Below, piece by piece: positions 42,312 to 55,093 of a stretch of DNA of 64,000 nt. This stretch comes from a candidate division WOR-3 bacterium (GTDB taxonomy: Bacteria > Hydrothermota > Tepidihabitantia > Tepidihabitantales > Tepidihabitantaceae). The notes beneath the pieces were generated by a model. The model was not told the origin of the DNA. It worked only from the letters and a program-made list of their open reading frames with translations, and searched no databases. Every line of letters starts with the position of its first letter. Positions within the stretch are counted from its first letter, which is position 1. Where the stretch lies: the NCBI GenBank assembly GCA_965648905.1, contig CBFGIT010000005.1, forward strand, positions 3,097-67,096, read 5' to 3'. The translations under genes and the position numbers were made by a program.

Positions 42312-42575
42312 ATGTGCCTCGCCATTCCGCTCCGCGTCAAGTCCATCAAAGGCGACATAGCGGTCGGTGAGGTCGACGGCATCGAGCGCGAAGTGTCGCT
42401 GATGATGACACCTGATGCCAAAGTCGGCGACTACGTCATCGTCCACGCCGGCTTCGCCATCCAGATACTCGACCAGAAAGAAGCGGAAGAGAACCTCGAC
42501 ATCCTCCGCCAGATGGCCGGCCTGGTTCAGGAGAAGAAGGCCGAGGCGAAACGGCAGGTCCGGGTCAGGCGCTGA
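42312..42575 (+). CDS. hypC: HypC/HybG-family [NiFe]-hydrogenase maturation factor
   Basis: Begins with the invariant MCLAIP and has the OB-fold length. Start at ATG 42312. Confidence 0.75.
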   Translation: MCLAIPLRVKSIKGDIAVGEVDGIEREVSLMMTPDAKVGDYVIVHAGFAIQILDQKEAEENLDILRQMAGLVQEKKAEAKRQVRVRR

Positions 42576-43851
42576 AGAACCGGCGCACCGCCTTAATCAC
42601 AGCCGTCTGTTCTTCATCAGTCAGACTCGGCCTGACCGGTAAGGTCAGCACTTCCCGACACGCTGTTTCGGTCTCCGACAGGACGACAGAAGGGCAGTTC
42701 ACGTTCTCCTTGGCGAACGCCGGTTCCTGATACACCGGCATTCCGTAGTAGTCTCCGGTTCCAATTCCGTGTTCTGTGAGGTACGTGCGTAACTCATCCC
42801 TTTGTTCCGTGCGCACCGCGTACTGATGGTAGTTCGACACGCAGCCGGCTGTGCCCTGGACCCGGCGCAGCTCATGGGGTAGTTCGGCGTCGTACCTTGC
42901 CGCAATCTGTCTGCGCCGTTCGTTCTCGTTCTCGAGCCCGGCCAGCTTCACCCGCAGGAACGCTGCCTGGAGTTCATCCATCCGCGAGTTCCAGCCGATG
43001 CGCACATGCCGAGGCGATGGGTTTCTCCCGTTTTGGCTGTTGGCTGTTGGCTCCTGGCTTCTGACTTCGCCTTCGATGCCGTGGTTCTGCAGTGACCGGA
43101 CCTTGTCGGCAATCTTCTCTGACTGTGTTACCACCGCGCCCGCGTTGCCCAACGTGCTCAGGTTCTTGGTCGGGTAGAAGCTGAACGTGCCAACGTCGCC
43201 GAGGCTGCCGAGCCGTTTTCCCTGCCAGGTCGCGCCGATTGCCTGGGCCGCGTCTTCGACCAGAGCGAGCCTGCGCTTCGCGCGCAGTTCCCGGAACTGG
43301 TCCAAGTCAGCGCAATGCCCGAACACGTGCACGAGTAACACTGCTCTGGTGCGGCCGGTGACTGCCGCCTCGCACGCCTTGGGCGACAGGCATAACGTCG
43401 TCGGCTCGATGTCAGCGAACACCGGTTTCGCGCCCGCGAGCACAATCGCCTCAGCCGTGGCGAAGAACGTGAACGCGGTCGTAATAACCTCGTCGCCTGG
43501 CCCGATGCCAAGGGCCTTTAGCGCCAGCACCAACGCATCGGTCCCGCTGTGCACTGCGACGGCGTGTCTCGTGCCGACGTATTGCGCCAGCTCCTGCTCG
43601 AACGCCGCGGTCTCCGGCCCGGCCACGAACCGGCCGCCTGCCATTACGCGTTCGAATACCTGCCGCAGGCGGGTTGCGTACCAGACGATTTCGCCTGACA
43701 CGTCATAGAGCGGGACTTGAGTCACAACGGCTATTATACCGGCTGCTCGTCCGGGGCAAAGCCGAGCCGAAGCGGCAGCAGTTGGAGTCAGCACTTGTCT
43801 GGATGTCAGAACACCCGATTCTGGCAACATCACCAGACTCGGGTCAGGCAT
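42565..43851 (-). CDS. DegT/DnrJ/EryC1/StrS-family PLP-dependent sugar aminotransferase
   Basis: Family motifs are present (the active Lys in FSFYPTKNLSTLGNAG). It carries an insertion (EVRSQEPTANSQNGRNPSPRH) relative to typical members. The exact start is uncertain. Confidence 0.8.
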   Translation of the reverse strand: MPDPSLVMLPESGVLTSRQVLTPTAAASARLCPGRAAGIIAVVTQVPLYDVSGEIVWYATRLRQVFERVMAGGRFVAGPETAAFEQELAQYVGTRHAVAVHSGTDALVLALKALGIGPGDEVITTAFTFFATAEAIVLAGAKPVFADIEPTTLCLSPKACEAAVTGRTRAVLLVHVFGHCADLDQFRELRAKRRLALVEDAAQAIGATWQGKRLGSLGDVGTFSFYPTKNLSTLGNAGAVVTQSEKIADKVRSLQNHGIEGEVRSQEPTANSQNGRNPSPRHVRIGWNSRMDELQAAFLRVKLAGLENENERRRQIAARYDAELPHELRRVQGTAGCVSNYHQYAVRTEQRDELRTYLTEHGIGTGDYYGMPVYQEPAFAKENVNCPSVVLSETETACREVLTLPVRPSLTDEEQTAVIKAVRRFFSA

Positions 43852-43928
43852 AAGAGTGCATGAAGACCGCTCCTGGGCGTAGACTCGCGCCCGGCTTCGA
43901 TTAGGAGCTTCCTTGTGCCCGTTCCCGC

Positions 43929-43954
43929 AGAAAAGGGCGGCCAGAAGGTCGCCC
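43929..43954 (-). terminator. Possible weak intrinsic terminator after the 1258-aa surface protein gene
   Basis: On the minus strand there is a short GC stem (GGGCG...CGCCC) followed by TTTTCT. Confidence 0.35.
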
Positions 43955-43975
43955 TCGAGGAGGAAAGGTCGGGTT

Positions 43976-46900
43976 CTAGTGCTGGATTACCAGCTTCTGT
44001 CTAATCACGCTACTGCCGTCGTCGATTCGGGCCAGGTAGACCCCGGCCGGCAGGATAACGTCAATCTCCGAGCCGAGGCCGTAGAGCCCGCGGTGCACGA
44101 CGCGGCCTGAGGCGTCGAGTATTGCCACGGCCACCAGATGACTCGCCTGCCGGGCTGATGTACCGCCCAGCTTGAGTTGCGCGCGTCCGGTCCGCGCCGG
44201 GCTGGGATAGAGGCGCAGTCGGGATGAGCTGAGCCAGTCAGTCTGGGCTGCGAGTTGACCGGCATGGGCCGGGGATGCTTTGCTGGTCGCGGCGAGTAGA
44301 ATCGACGGGTGGTACTGCCAGAGTTCAAGGGTCTTGTTGCCTTTGAGCGCGTAAATGTCGTTGCCTTCGCTGGCCAGTCCGGCTCCGGCCTTGACGCGCT
44401 TTTTGTTACCGCTTGAGCCCAGCTCGGGAAGCGGGTCAAGTTCGCCCCAGGAGTCCGTGGCCGAAGAGTAAACCCAGAACTCGCTCGTGTTGCCGCCCTT
44501 GAGCGCGAAGATGCCGGTGCTGAACCAGACCGCGCAGCCGCCGTCTTTCGACTTTTTGCTCTTACCGCTCCGGCTCAGCAGAGGCATGCCCGTGAGCCTT
44601 TCTGACCAGGAGTCTCGAGCGATGTCGTAGGTGTAGAACTCGTGGTACTTGGCTTTGTGCGCATAGAGCTTGCCCGAGTGGTCCCAGACCAGCCAGGAAC
44701 CCCTGTCCCATTTTGACGTGCCGGGCGCGTCGGCAACAGGATGCCAGGTTGTCGTATCAGGCTGACCTTGGGCCGGAATCTGCCAGCGCCAAAACTCGTT
44801 CTTCTGGCCTTTGAGCACAAAAACGCAGCCTGAGCCCTCTCGTTCAGCATAGGCGATACCGCCGCCGCCCTTGACTTTCTTCTTCGTCGTACCGAGCGGC
44901 ACGTCCACGAGCTGCTGCCAGGAGTCGCTGGCCGCATCGTAGCGGTAGTAGCCGAGCGTGTTGTTGCCTTTGAGGGCATAAACATGTCCGCTGCCGTCTG
45001 CACACCCGGCCGCTCCTTTGCCCGGCTTCTTGCCCTCGGTACCAAGGGGAATCGAAGCGAGGATGAGCCATGTGTCAAGGCCCGGGTCGTACGAGTAGAA
45101 GTCGGTTTGTTTGTTGCCTTTGGCGGCGTAGATGAGGTTAGTCCCGGCGTCGAAGGTCAGCCAGCCACCATCTTTCACCGGGCTGTTTGACGGTGGGGAA
45201 GGCATTGACTTCTTCTCGGCCCAGCCGACCGGCAGCGGTGGAACCACGGCGCACGAGTCGCGAGCAGTGTCGTTGGCCGGGTTGGCATCACCGGACATGA
45301 TGGTATAGGCCATGAGCCAGTATCGGCCCAGGACGTTCGGCTGCCAGGTCTTGGTCAGGGTACGCGAGATGCTTTGACCGCCGGGGAGCACAATGTCGGA
45401 CTCGGTCGTGTCGTAGACCAGAATACCGTTGGTGTCGGTGACGGTCAGCCGGACGCTCAGGTTTGCCTCGACGTTGCCGTAGTTGCGAAGCTGGACCCGG
45501 GGCGACACCGGTTTTCCTGAGTCAACCAGCGTGCCCGGAGCGGTAATCTGAGCGACACCAACATCGAGCAACCGGACAAGAACCGCGCCAACCGTGCGGT
45601 CATTCGACGGGGCCATGTCGATTGCCAGCTCGGTCGAGCAGGAGGTCGGGAATGTGCCACGTTGGTTTGCGGTCCAGTTCGGGAACGTCAGGTAGAGATA
45701 AGTGCCCGGGGCATGGCTGGTGGCGGTGCGGGTCGTGTTGTAGCCTGAGCCGATTCTCATGCGAACTTCATAGGTCTCCGGCTCGGTGCCGTAGTTGTAG
45801 ACCGAGCAGGCGGGCGTGACCGTGCTGCCCGAATCCACCCAGCCGGACGGAACGACGATGCGGGTTGCGCCGACGTCGTGCACCCGAACCATGCCGGCGG
45901 AAACCGCCCGGTCGTTGGCCGGGTTTCCGTCAAGGTATAACTCGGTAGAGCATGATGCAGTGAACGGCCCGCGGCGGGTCGCGGTCCACTGCGGAAATGT
46001 CACATAGACATGGGTCTTGTTGATGTGGCCGTTGACCAGAGCGGTCCGTTCGTATCCCGGCTCAATCTTCATTCTCACCGTATAGATCGGGTCGTCGATT
46101 CCGTAATTGAATATCGAGCAGGCCGGAGTGACGACCGTGCCTGAATCGAGCGGGCCGGCTGGTACGATGAGCCGGGTGCAACCGACGTCGTGCAGCGGAT
46201 AGACCATCACTGAATCGGACAGTGCGTCGTTTGTCGTCTCCATGTCGGTCGCGAGCTGAGTCGAGCAGCGCACGGCGTACTTACCTGGCGCTGCTGCAAT
46301 CCAGTTGGGGAATGTGACGTAGACCGAGGTTCCTGGAGCGTGCGCCAGCACGTTTGTCTGATTGTTGTAGCCAGCGCCAATGCGCATGCGCACGGTGTAG
46401 GACTCGGTCGTATTGCCGTAGTTGTAGACCGAGCAGGCGGGGGTGATGGCCGTGCCTGAGTCAACTCCGCCCTTTGGCGCCGCAATGAACGAGCAGCCGA
46501 CATCGCGGTCGGGAACAAAGTCGTCGATGTAGTAGGCGAGGATTCTTTCCTGAAAGTCCTTGACATAGAGCCAGTTGCGAACGCGAGTAACTGAATTGAG
46601 CATGCCGACCGTGTCTTCGGGATGGGGAATCGACTCGCGGATGGCACCGGTTGTCCGGTCGAGCACAAAGACGCAGCCACGCGGATAGCCGGCCGAGACA
46701 TAGACCCGGCCGCTGTCGAGCGTTGTAATCGCCAGGCCACCGCTGACTGCTCGGTTCAGCCCGCCTGTCTGCAGATATCGACCCCAGCCCGGAGCTGCCC
46801 GGCTGCCGTTGGTCTGTCGAATAGCAAGCACGGAGCATGTCTGGGTTCCTACAAAGACGAGCGTTGTGTCAAACGTACTGGGAATGCCGAAGGCCATCGA

Positions 46901-47752
46901 GCCGATCTGCGCACTGGTCCAGGCTCGTCCGCCGTCTGAAGCCCGGACTGCAAACAGGCGGCCGCTGCCCGAGTCTGAGCCAAAGAAGACACGGCCATTG
47001 CAGTAGGTTGCGCCGGAACGGCAGTTGTATCCGTTGAAAGTCGTATTCCGGGACATGCGCCAGACCAGGCTGCCGGCCGGTGTCCACTTGCTCAGGCCGG
47101 AGTCAGAAGAGACCACATAGAGGTCGGCACCGTCGGTCGCGATTGCGCCGCGAATCGGGCCGGATGACACCTGCCAGCGGTAGCGCTGACTGCCGTTCAG
47201 CATGTTTATGCCCACGACATAGCCATCAGCCTGCCCGGCGTACAACGTCGGGATGTTGCCGGTAGTGAGGATGATGGGGTCAGACTCGACCGCAGAAGCG
47301 GTGATCGCCCGGGACCACTTGGACGTGCCGTTGCTCAGACGCAGACAGCGTACGTTCCAAGTGGACGAGACACCATAGGCCCAGGCAACAACGCTGTCAG
47401 CAAAGATGATCGGCGTGCCAGCTTGCTGGCCAGCCGGGCCGTAGACACTGGACCGCCAGCGTCGGACACCGGTCTGAGCGTTGATGCAATGAACCCGGCC
47501 GTCACTTGTGGCATAGACAACCGAGCTTTCAGTAGCGACCGGGCTGCCGTTCTCATTACCATTGAACGACGAAAGACCAGGGTCGTAGACCCAGGCAAGC
47601 GAACACGGACCCATAGGCACGACCGGGATTTGTCCGGAGTGAACGCTGTCACGGTTGTAGGTCGGCCAGTCAAGGGGCGGGGCTGCCATGACGCTGCCCA
47701 GCATGACTGCAACTGCCAGTATTATCTTGATTCGCACCAACTCAGCCTCCAA
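43976..47752 (-). CDS. Giant secreted surface protein: signal peptide, PQQ-like beta-propeller, about four CARDB-like Ig domains, a six-blade kelch-like propeller, and a C-terminal sorting-type tail domain
   Basis: Repeated modules starting HDVG and containing DSG, PACS and YNYG match CARDB. Repeated ALKG/AKGN blades. The C terminus ends VYLARIDDGSSVIRQKLVIQH. Confidence 0.6.
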   Translation of the reverse strand: MEAELVRIKIILAVAVMLGSVMAAPPLDWPTYNRDSVHSGQIPVVPMGPCSLAWVYDPGLSSFNGNENGSPVATESSVVYATSDGRVHCINAQTGVRRWRSSVYGPAGQQAGTPIIFADSVVAWAYGVSSTWNVRCLRLSNGTSKWSRAITASAVESDPIILTTGNIPTLYAGQADGYVVGINMLNGSQRYRWQVSSGPIRGAIATDGADLYVVSSDSGLSKWTPAGSLVWRMSRNTTFNGYNCRSGATYCNGRVFFGSDSGSGRLFAVRASDGGRAWTSAQIGSMAFGIPSTFDTTLVFVGTQTCSVLAIRQTNGSRAAPGWGRYLQTGGLNRAVSGGLAITTLDSGRVYVSAGYPRGCVFVLDRTTGAIRESIPHPEDTVGMLNSVTRVRNWLYVKDFQERILAYYIDDFVPDRDVGCSFIAAPKGGVDSGTAITPACSVYNYGNTTESYTVRMRIGAGYNNQTNVLAHAPGTSVYVTFPNWIAAAPGKYAVRCSTQLATDMETTNDALSDSVMVYPLHDVGCTRLIVPAGPLDSGTVVTPACSIFNYGIDDPIYTVRMKIEPGYERTALVNGHINKTHVYVTFPQWTATRRGPFTASCSTELYLDGNPANDRAVSAGMVRVHDVGATRIVVPSGWVDSGSTVTPACSVYNYGTEPETYEVRMRIGSGYNTTRTATSHAPGTYLYLTFPNWTANQRGTFPTSCSTELAIDMAPSNDRTVGAVLVRLLDVGVAQITAPGTLVDSGKPVSPRVQLRNYGNVEANLSVRLTVTDTNGILVYDTTESDIVLPGGQSISRTLTKTWQPNVLGRYWLMAYTIMSGDANPANDTARDSCAVVPPLPVGWAEKKSMPSPPSNSPVKDGGWLTFDAGTNLIYAAKGNKQTDFYSYDPGLDTWLILASIPLGTEGKKPGKGAAGCADGSGHVYALKGNNTLGYYRYDAASDSWQQLVDVPLGTTKKKVKGGGGIAYAEREGSGCVFVLKGQKNEFWRWQIPAQGQPDTTTWHPVADAPGTSKWDRGSWLVWDHSGKLYAHKAKYHEFYTYDIARDSWSERLTGMPLLSRSGKSKKSKDGGCAVWFSTGIFALKGGNTSEFWVYSSATDSWGELDPLPELGSSGNKKRVKAGAGLASEGNDIYALKGNKTLELWQYHPSILLAATSKASPAHAGQLAAQTDWLSSSRLRLYPSPARTGRAQLKLGGTSARQASHLVAVAILDASGRVVHRGLYGLGSEIDVILPAGVYLARIDDGSSVIRQKLVIQH

Positions 47753-47923
47753 TTGTCCGGCGTATCCAAGCTAGAGCTCAACTTCCCCGCCGTTAGGAGG
47801 CGAGCCAAAGTAACCCGTCTGGGTAGTCTGGAGCCGCGCAGTATTCAGTCCGTGCGGCTGGGATATTCTAAGCCGAAGCCGGGCCGGGTCAAGATGCTCA
47901 AACGGCCCGGCCGACACCTCGGG

Positions 47924-51277
<3,354 letters not shown>

Positions 51278-51413
51278 GGTTTGCTCCTTTCGCTCAGTCT
51301 CGGGTCTCTTTGGGGCAGTCCAGCGCCCGGCCCGGCTGCGAATCGATACCCTTGATTCGTTTTCAGCCCTGCCGGGCTGTCTACCTGGTCAGGCGTAACC
51401 GCTCGCGTGATAG

Positions 51414-51441
51414 ATTATACCGGCGCGCGTCATGTTGTCAA
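51414..51441 (-). promoter_or_regulatory. Consensus sigma70 promoter (TTGACA, 16 nt spacer, TATAAT) upstream of the 1117-aa surface protein gene
   Basis: The minus strand reads TTGACAacatgacgcgcgccggTATAAT, about 135 nt upstream of the start at 51277. Confidence 0.6.
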
Positions 51442-51454
51442 GGTTGACTGGGGC

Positions 51455-51492
51455 GGAAAAGAAGCTGCCCGGCCATGCCGCCGGGCAGCTTC
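51455..51492 (-). terminator. Intrinsic terminator for the membrane protein gene (perfect 13 bp stem, 6 nt loop, TTTTCC on the minus strand)
   Basis: Stem GAAGCTGCCCGGC, loop catgcc, stem GCCGGGCAGCTTC, followed on the minus strand by TTTTCC. Confidence 0.6.
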
Positions 51493-51503
51493 CGACCCTC
51501 TAA

Positions 51504-52364
51504 TCAGGAATTGGTGCCTGGTGCCGGTTCGAGCGTTGGCGCCGGCTCCGGCGTTCTGGTCCGGGCGGCCATGGTCAGCATGTAGAGCACGAACACGATC
51601 ACCCCAAGCCAGCCGGCGCCGGTCGCGTTCATCCGCAGACAGACTGCGCTGGAGTAGAGCACGGCCGCACCGTACATGGCAAAACCAAGCGGCGCGAGAC
51701 GCTGTTCCGGCTCGCGGAAGCGGTCGGCGTCGACCGCTCCGGGTTCGACAATCTGGAAAAAGAGCAGAATAAAGAGCGCGGTCGTGAACCAGCCGATGAA
51801 GCTCGAGAGCGGGATGTGGTGATAGAAACCGTTCTGCGCGAAGCCCATCATCGAGCGGCCAACGGTTGCCGGGCCCGCGGCCAGTTGCCAGAGTGCGACG
51901 AGCAGCGCGCCGACCAGCGGCACGGTCGCGAACGAACTGACGTCAGAAGTTCGTGCCCGGAGCAGATAGACCGAGGACAGGAACACGACATAGAGCAGGC
52001 CGTACCAGGTGAGCACCGCACTCAGAGCGATTCGGCCGGGCAGCATGACGCCCACGGGAATCCTCAGGTCACGTGCCCGAGCGAACCAGTGGCTGCCGAA
52101 GATCGCCCCGAAGTTGGCGCCGAGATACTCGGCAACGAACGGCAGGATCAGTCCGAGCGCCAGGAACCATATCGCCCGCCGTGGACCGAGGAAAGTGAAG
52201 CTGTGGAGCAGAGCAAAGGCCGCCAGGCAGTAGACCGGCATCATGGTCAGCCAGAATACCGGCGGCCGGGTCATGATATCGGCCACCATGAAACCGACTG
52301 TCGCCAGCCCGAAGACCCAGATGCCCCAAGTCAACAGCCTGCTTGAGTATGTCTCTTTTGACAT
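51504..52364 (-). CDS. Polytopic integral membrane protein, unknown function
   Basis: Seven to eight predicted hydrophobic helices. No recognised catalytic motif. Confidence 0.4.
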   Translation of the reverse strand: MSKETYSSRLLTWGIWVFGLATVGFMVADIMTRPPVFWLTMMPVYCLAAFALLHSFTFLGPRRAIWFLALGLILPFVAEYLGANFGAIFGSHWFARARDLRIPVGVMLPGRIALSAVLTWYGLLYVVFLSSVYLLRARTSDVSSFATVPLVGALLVALWQLAAGPATVGRSMMGFAQNGFYHHIPLSSFIGWFTTALFILLFFQIVEPGAVDADRFREPEQRLAPLGFAMYGAAVLYSSAVCLRMNATGAGWLGVIVFVLYMLTMAARTRTPEPAPTLEPAPGTNS

Positions 52365-52743
52365 TCGTTTCCTCCAGATTGTAGTTGTGCAGGAATGGAC
52401 GCGTGGCGCATGAGTGCCCCCCGGTCGCCTGACCGATGGTGAACGACTTCCTTCCGGTCCATTCCTTCCCGCATTGACTTGACGGTAATATTATACCGGC
52501 AGACCGGCAGATGGTCAATTTTGACGAGTCGAAGACGTTCGACCGGCGGAGCCCGGGCCGGCTTGTTCTGTTTCGGTTTCTCGATAGACCCAGACCTCGG
52601 CCCATCGGGCACGGTTCCGCCGGAATTGACCGAGGCTCATTCCTCTGGCATACTTATATGGGTTCTTTCCGAATCTTCAAGCGACAATTCTCAGTTCGAC
52701 GGAGTTACGGCCCGGGCCGAAATGGTCCGGCGTCGGAGTTGAC

Positions 52744-53124
52744 TTGATTTCTCGGAGGTACGTTGTGGAAGAAATGGTCCTTTTCAACCGCTTTGGCAAG
52801 TCGGTCTACCGGTTGTGCGGCGCCGCGTTCTATGACTTCCAGGGCAAGCCCCGAGGTTTCCTCGTCGGCGAGACAATCTATGACCTGCGCGGTCAGCATC
52901 GCGGCTTCTTCACCAAAGGTGTTGCCTGGGACCGGATGGGCCGAGCACTTGGTTTCACCGAGGAAGCCCAGAGCAACGGCCTGCGGCTGCCGATGGCCGA
53001 GATTCCGCCGGTGCCATACCGAAATTTGCCCGCACCACCGGCACCGGCCGATGCTGCGGACCGACCCAAGCCGACGCTCGTTCCGGCCTGGTCGATGATG
53101 CAGCTGGAGAACCTGCTGATCTAG
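52744..53124 (+). CDS. Small hypothetical protein with internal Gly/aromatic repeats (possibly 4-fold beta-flower-like). The start is probably GTG 52765 or ATG 52774.
   Basis: Repeats FYDFQGKPRGFLVGETIYDLRGQHRGFFTKGVAWDRMGRALGF. GGAGG lies 6 nt before GTG 52765. Confidence 0.35.
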   Translation: MISRRYVVEEMVLFNRFGKSVYRLCGAAFYDFQGKPRGFLVGETIYDLRGQHRGFFTKGVAWDRMGRALGFTEEAQSNGLRLPMAEIPPVPYRNLPAPPAPADAADRPKPTLVPAWSMMQLENLLI

Positions 53125-53187
53125 CACCCCGGTTCTTGACCCGGCGCAGGCACGGGTTAGAATAGCAGCGAATCCAAAGGAGTATCA

Positions 53188-53772
53188 ATGCTCAGATGCG
53201 TTGCATTTCTCTCGGTGCTTGCGGCGTGCGCAACTGCCTCGTTCCAGGTCGGCGGTAGAGTCAGCGCAGCGTGGGACAATCATGAGTTCGTGGTCAGCAG
53301 TGGCTCGGAGCTGGCCCGGCTCTGGTTCACCGCGCCGGCCGGCTGCGTCTACTCGGTAAGTGTCAAGGGTGACTCCGGGGCCCAGACTACGACGCGGGTC
53401 CACATGACCGGCCCGGTTCAACTCAAGGGCAAGGGCCGGTTCACAATTACGGTCGCCCACGATTCCGGAGCAGGCGAGTGGCGGTGCCAGGACGTGGGTG
53501 GCGACCTACAACTGCTGAAGTTCGAGAGCTTCGTCGACCCGAAACACCCGGTCCGGTTCCGTTTCACCACCGAAGAGGACAAGACAGTCTGGCATTTCTC
53601 GGCACCGTCAGAAGGGACTTTCCTGGTGCGGAATATCGGCCCCAGCGGCAAGGCGACCGAGGAGCAGGACATCGCCGATGCCGCCGAGTTCGAGTTCTTC
53701 GGCTCGGGTACGTTCACGGTCGAGGTTGCGGCGGCGGATGAGTCGGGCCGTTTCACCGCGGCACTCAAATAG
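53188..53772 (+). CDS. Hypothetical lipoprotein (lipobox LAAC)
   Basis: N terminus MLRCVAFLSVLAACATAS, followed by an all-beta-looking region. Confidence 0.4.
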   Translation: MLRCVAFLSVLAACATASFQVGGRVSAAWDNHEFVVSSGSELARLWFTAPAGCVYSVSVKGDSGAQTTTRVHMTGPVQLKGKGRFTITVAHDSGAGEWRCQDVGGDLQLLKFESFVDPKHPVRFRFTTEEDKTVWHFSAPSEGTFLVRNIGPSGKATEEQDIADAAEFEFFGSGTFTVEVAAADESGRFTAALK

Positions 53773-53845
53773 CTGCCGGCGGCCGAACGCGCCTGACCAT
53801 TCAATCGTAGAAGCGCAGTATCAGCTAAACGTAAGGAGCAAACAA

Positions 53846-54322
53846 GTGTCAAAGATAGGAATCGTCGTCCTCAGTCTGCTCGCGGTGGTTGTGCTCGGAG
53901 TCAGTTCCGGGTGCATGAAGTGCGGCGAGAAGGCAATGGAGCGCATCGCCGAGCGGAGCATCGAGAAGGCCGCGGAAAAGGCGACCGGCGGCAAGGCGAA
54001 AATCGACGTCGGCAGTACGGTCGACATCTCGGGGCTGCCGGCAGAGTTCCGCTATGCCGGGGCAGTGGCCAAGAGCCGCTGGACCATGACCAATGACGAC
54101 GGCACAGGTGCGGCGTACATGCTCGAGACGAGCGACCCGGTCAGGACGGTTGTCGAGTTCTATAAGCGGGCACTGACCGGCTGGAAGGACCAGGCGACGA
54201 TGGAGTCGGACGAGACGACCGTGCTGACTGCCGCTCGACCAGACGGCAAGGCGAGTGTCACGGTCAGCGTCCAGTCAAGCGAAGGCAAGACCGTCATCAG
54301 TATCGTCCACACAACCAAGTAA
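53846..54322 (+). CDS. Hypothetical exported protein or lipoprotein. The start is most likely GTG 53846 after AAGGAG.
   Basis: Signal-like N terminus SKIGIVVLSLLAVVVLGVSSGC. An intrinsic terminator follows the stop. Confidence 0.4.
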   Translation: MSKIGIVVLSLLAVVVLGVSSGCMKCGEKAMERIAERSIEKAAEKATGGKAKIDVGSTVDISGLPAEFRYAGAVAKSRWTMTNDDGTGAAYMLETSDPVRTVVEFYKRALTGWKDQATMESDETTVLTAARPDGKASVTVSVQSSEGKTVISIVHTTK

Positions 54323-54336
54323 TCGTTGCAGTCAGA

Positions 54337-54370
54337 GACACCGGGCAGGCATGACCGCCTGCCCGGTGTC
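54337..54370 (+). terminator. Intrinsic terminator (perfect 14 bp stem GACACCGGGCAGGC / GCCTGCCCGGTGTC, 6 nt loop, then TTGTCC)
   Basis: Read directly from the sequence, 15 nt after the stop codon at 54322. Confidence 0.55.
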
Positions 54371-54479
54371 TTGTCCGCGAGAATCGGCAGATAAGATACG
54401 GTACTCTGAGTTGTCAATATGTTACGTCGGTTGCGGGGTGACTGGAGACGGGAGATTCTCTAGGTCCCGGAGCTCGAAG

Positions 54480-54850
54480 CAGGCGGTCGGGATGAATCTG
54501 AGCAGCAGAATCGGGTTGAAGCGGCCGGCCTCTGACCAGAGAGTTCCTCCTGCGGCTTGCGGCGCGGATTGGAAGGCGGCTTGCCGAGCGGCTCCTGAAG
54601 CGGATTGGTAAGCGACGCCCGAAGCGACTCAGGCTGTGCACCCGAGAGCGCAGTGCCGAGCCGCAAGGAGAGCCGAAAGGGCTGCGCCTCGGGTCGCGAC
54701 AGTCGCCGGGGCTCGGGCCACGCCGGCCTGAGCCGCGGCCCAAGCCGCAGGGAAAGCCGCGACGAGAGCGCTTCAGGGTTCGCTCCGGGCAGCGGTTCCC
54801 TGAGCCGTATAGGGAACCGTTCCCCCCGGGGGTTCTGGATACTGCTCCAT
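54480..54850. repeat. Degenerate tandem repeat region with embedded perfect hairpins; non-coding or a repeat-built small ORF
   Basis: Units GCGGATTGGAAGGCG / GCGGATTGGTAAGCG lie about 45 nt apart. GAGCCGCAAGGAGAGCCGAAAGG, GAGCCGCGGCCCAAGCCGCAGGGAAAGCCGCGACGAGAGCGC and TGAGCCGTATAGGGAACCG are related. A hairpin GGTTCCCT...AGGGAACC is followed by the palindrome CCCCCCGGGGG. Confidence 0.3.
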
Positions 54851-55093
54851 TTTCAGCTAACTCCATGATACTTTGAGGGTTGAGTCTCGAAACCGGCCAG
54901 GTCGTCATTATACAGATTCGCCAAGTGGCCTTTGTGTCGCTATCTCTGAGACATGCGAAGACCGCCTTTCGGTTTCCGTGATGGCCTCGGCCTGGGTGTT
55001 TGGTGCTCTGGGGACGAATCGCCGGCAAGGTCGCCAAGGATGCTTCGCATTCCCGCAACGACAGGAGAGAGAAGAGACGACGGCGAATCATGC

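Noticed and set aside
47753-47923. Intrinsic terminator between the two giant genes (GGCCGGGCCG ... CGGCCCGGCC stem)
   Set aside because: The stem is present but has no following T-tract on the minus strand, so it was left uncalled.
54414-55091. 225-aa minus-strand ORF and 87-aa plus-strand ORF in the repeat region
   Set aside because: Both are low-complexity Arg/Ser/Gly/Pro frames generated by the GC-rich repeats. They lack RBSs and any family resemblance. The 87-aa frame is kept only as a possibility under the repeat finding.
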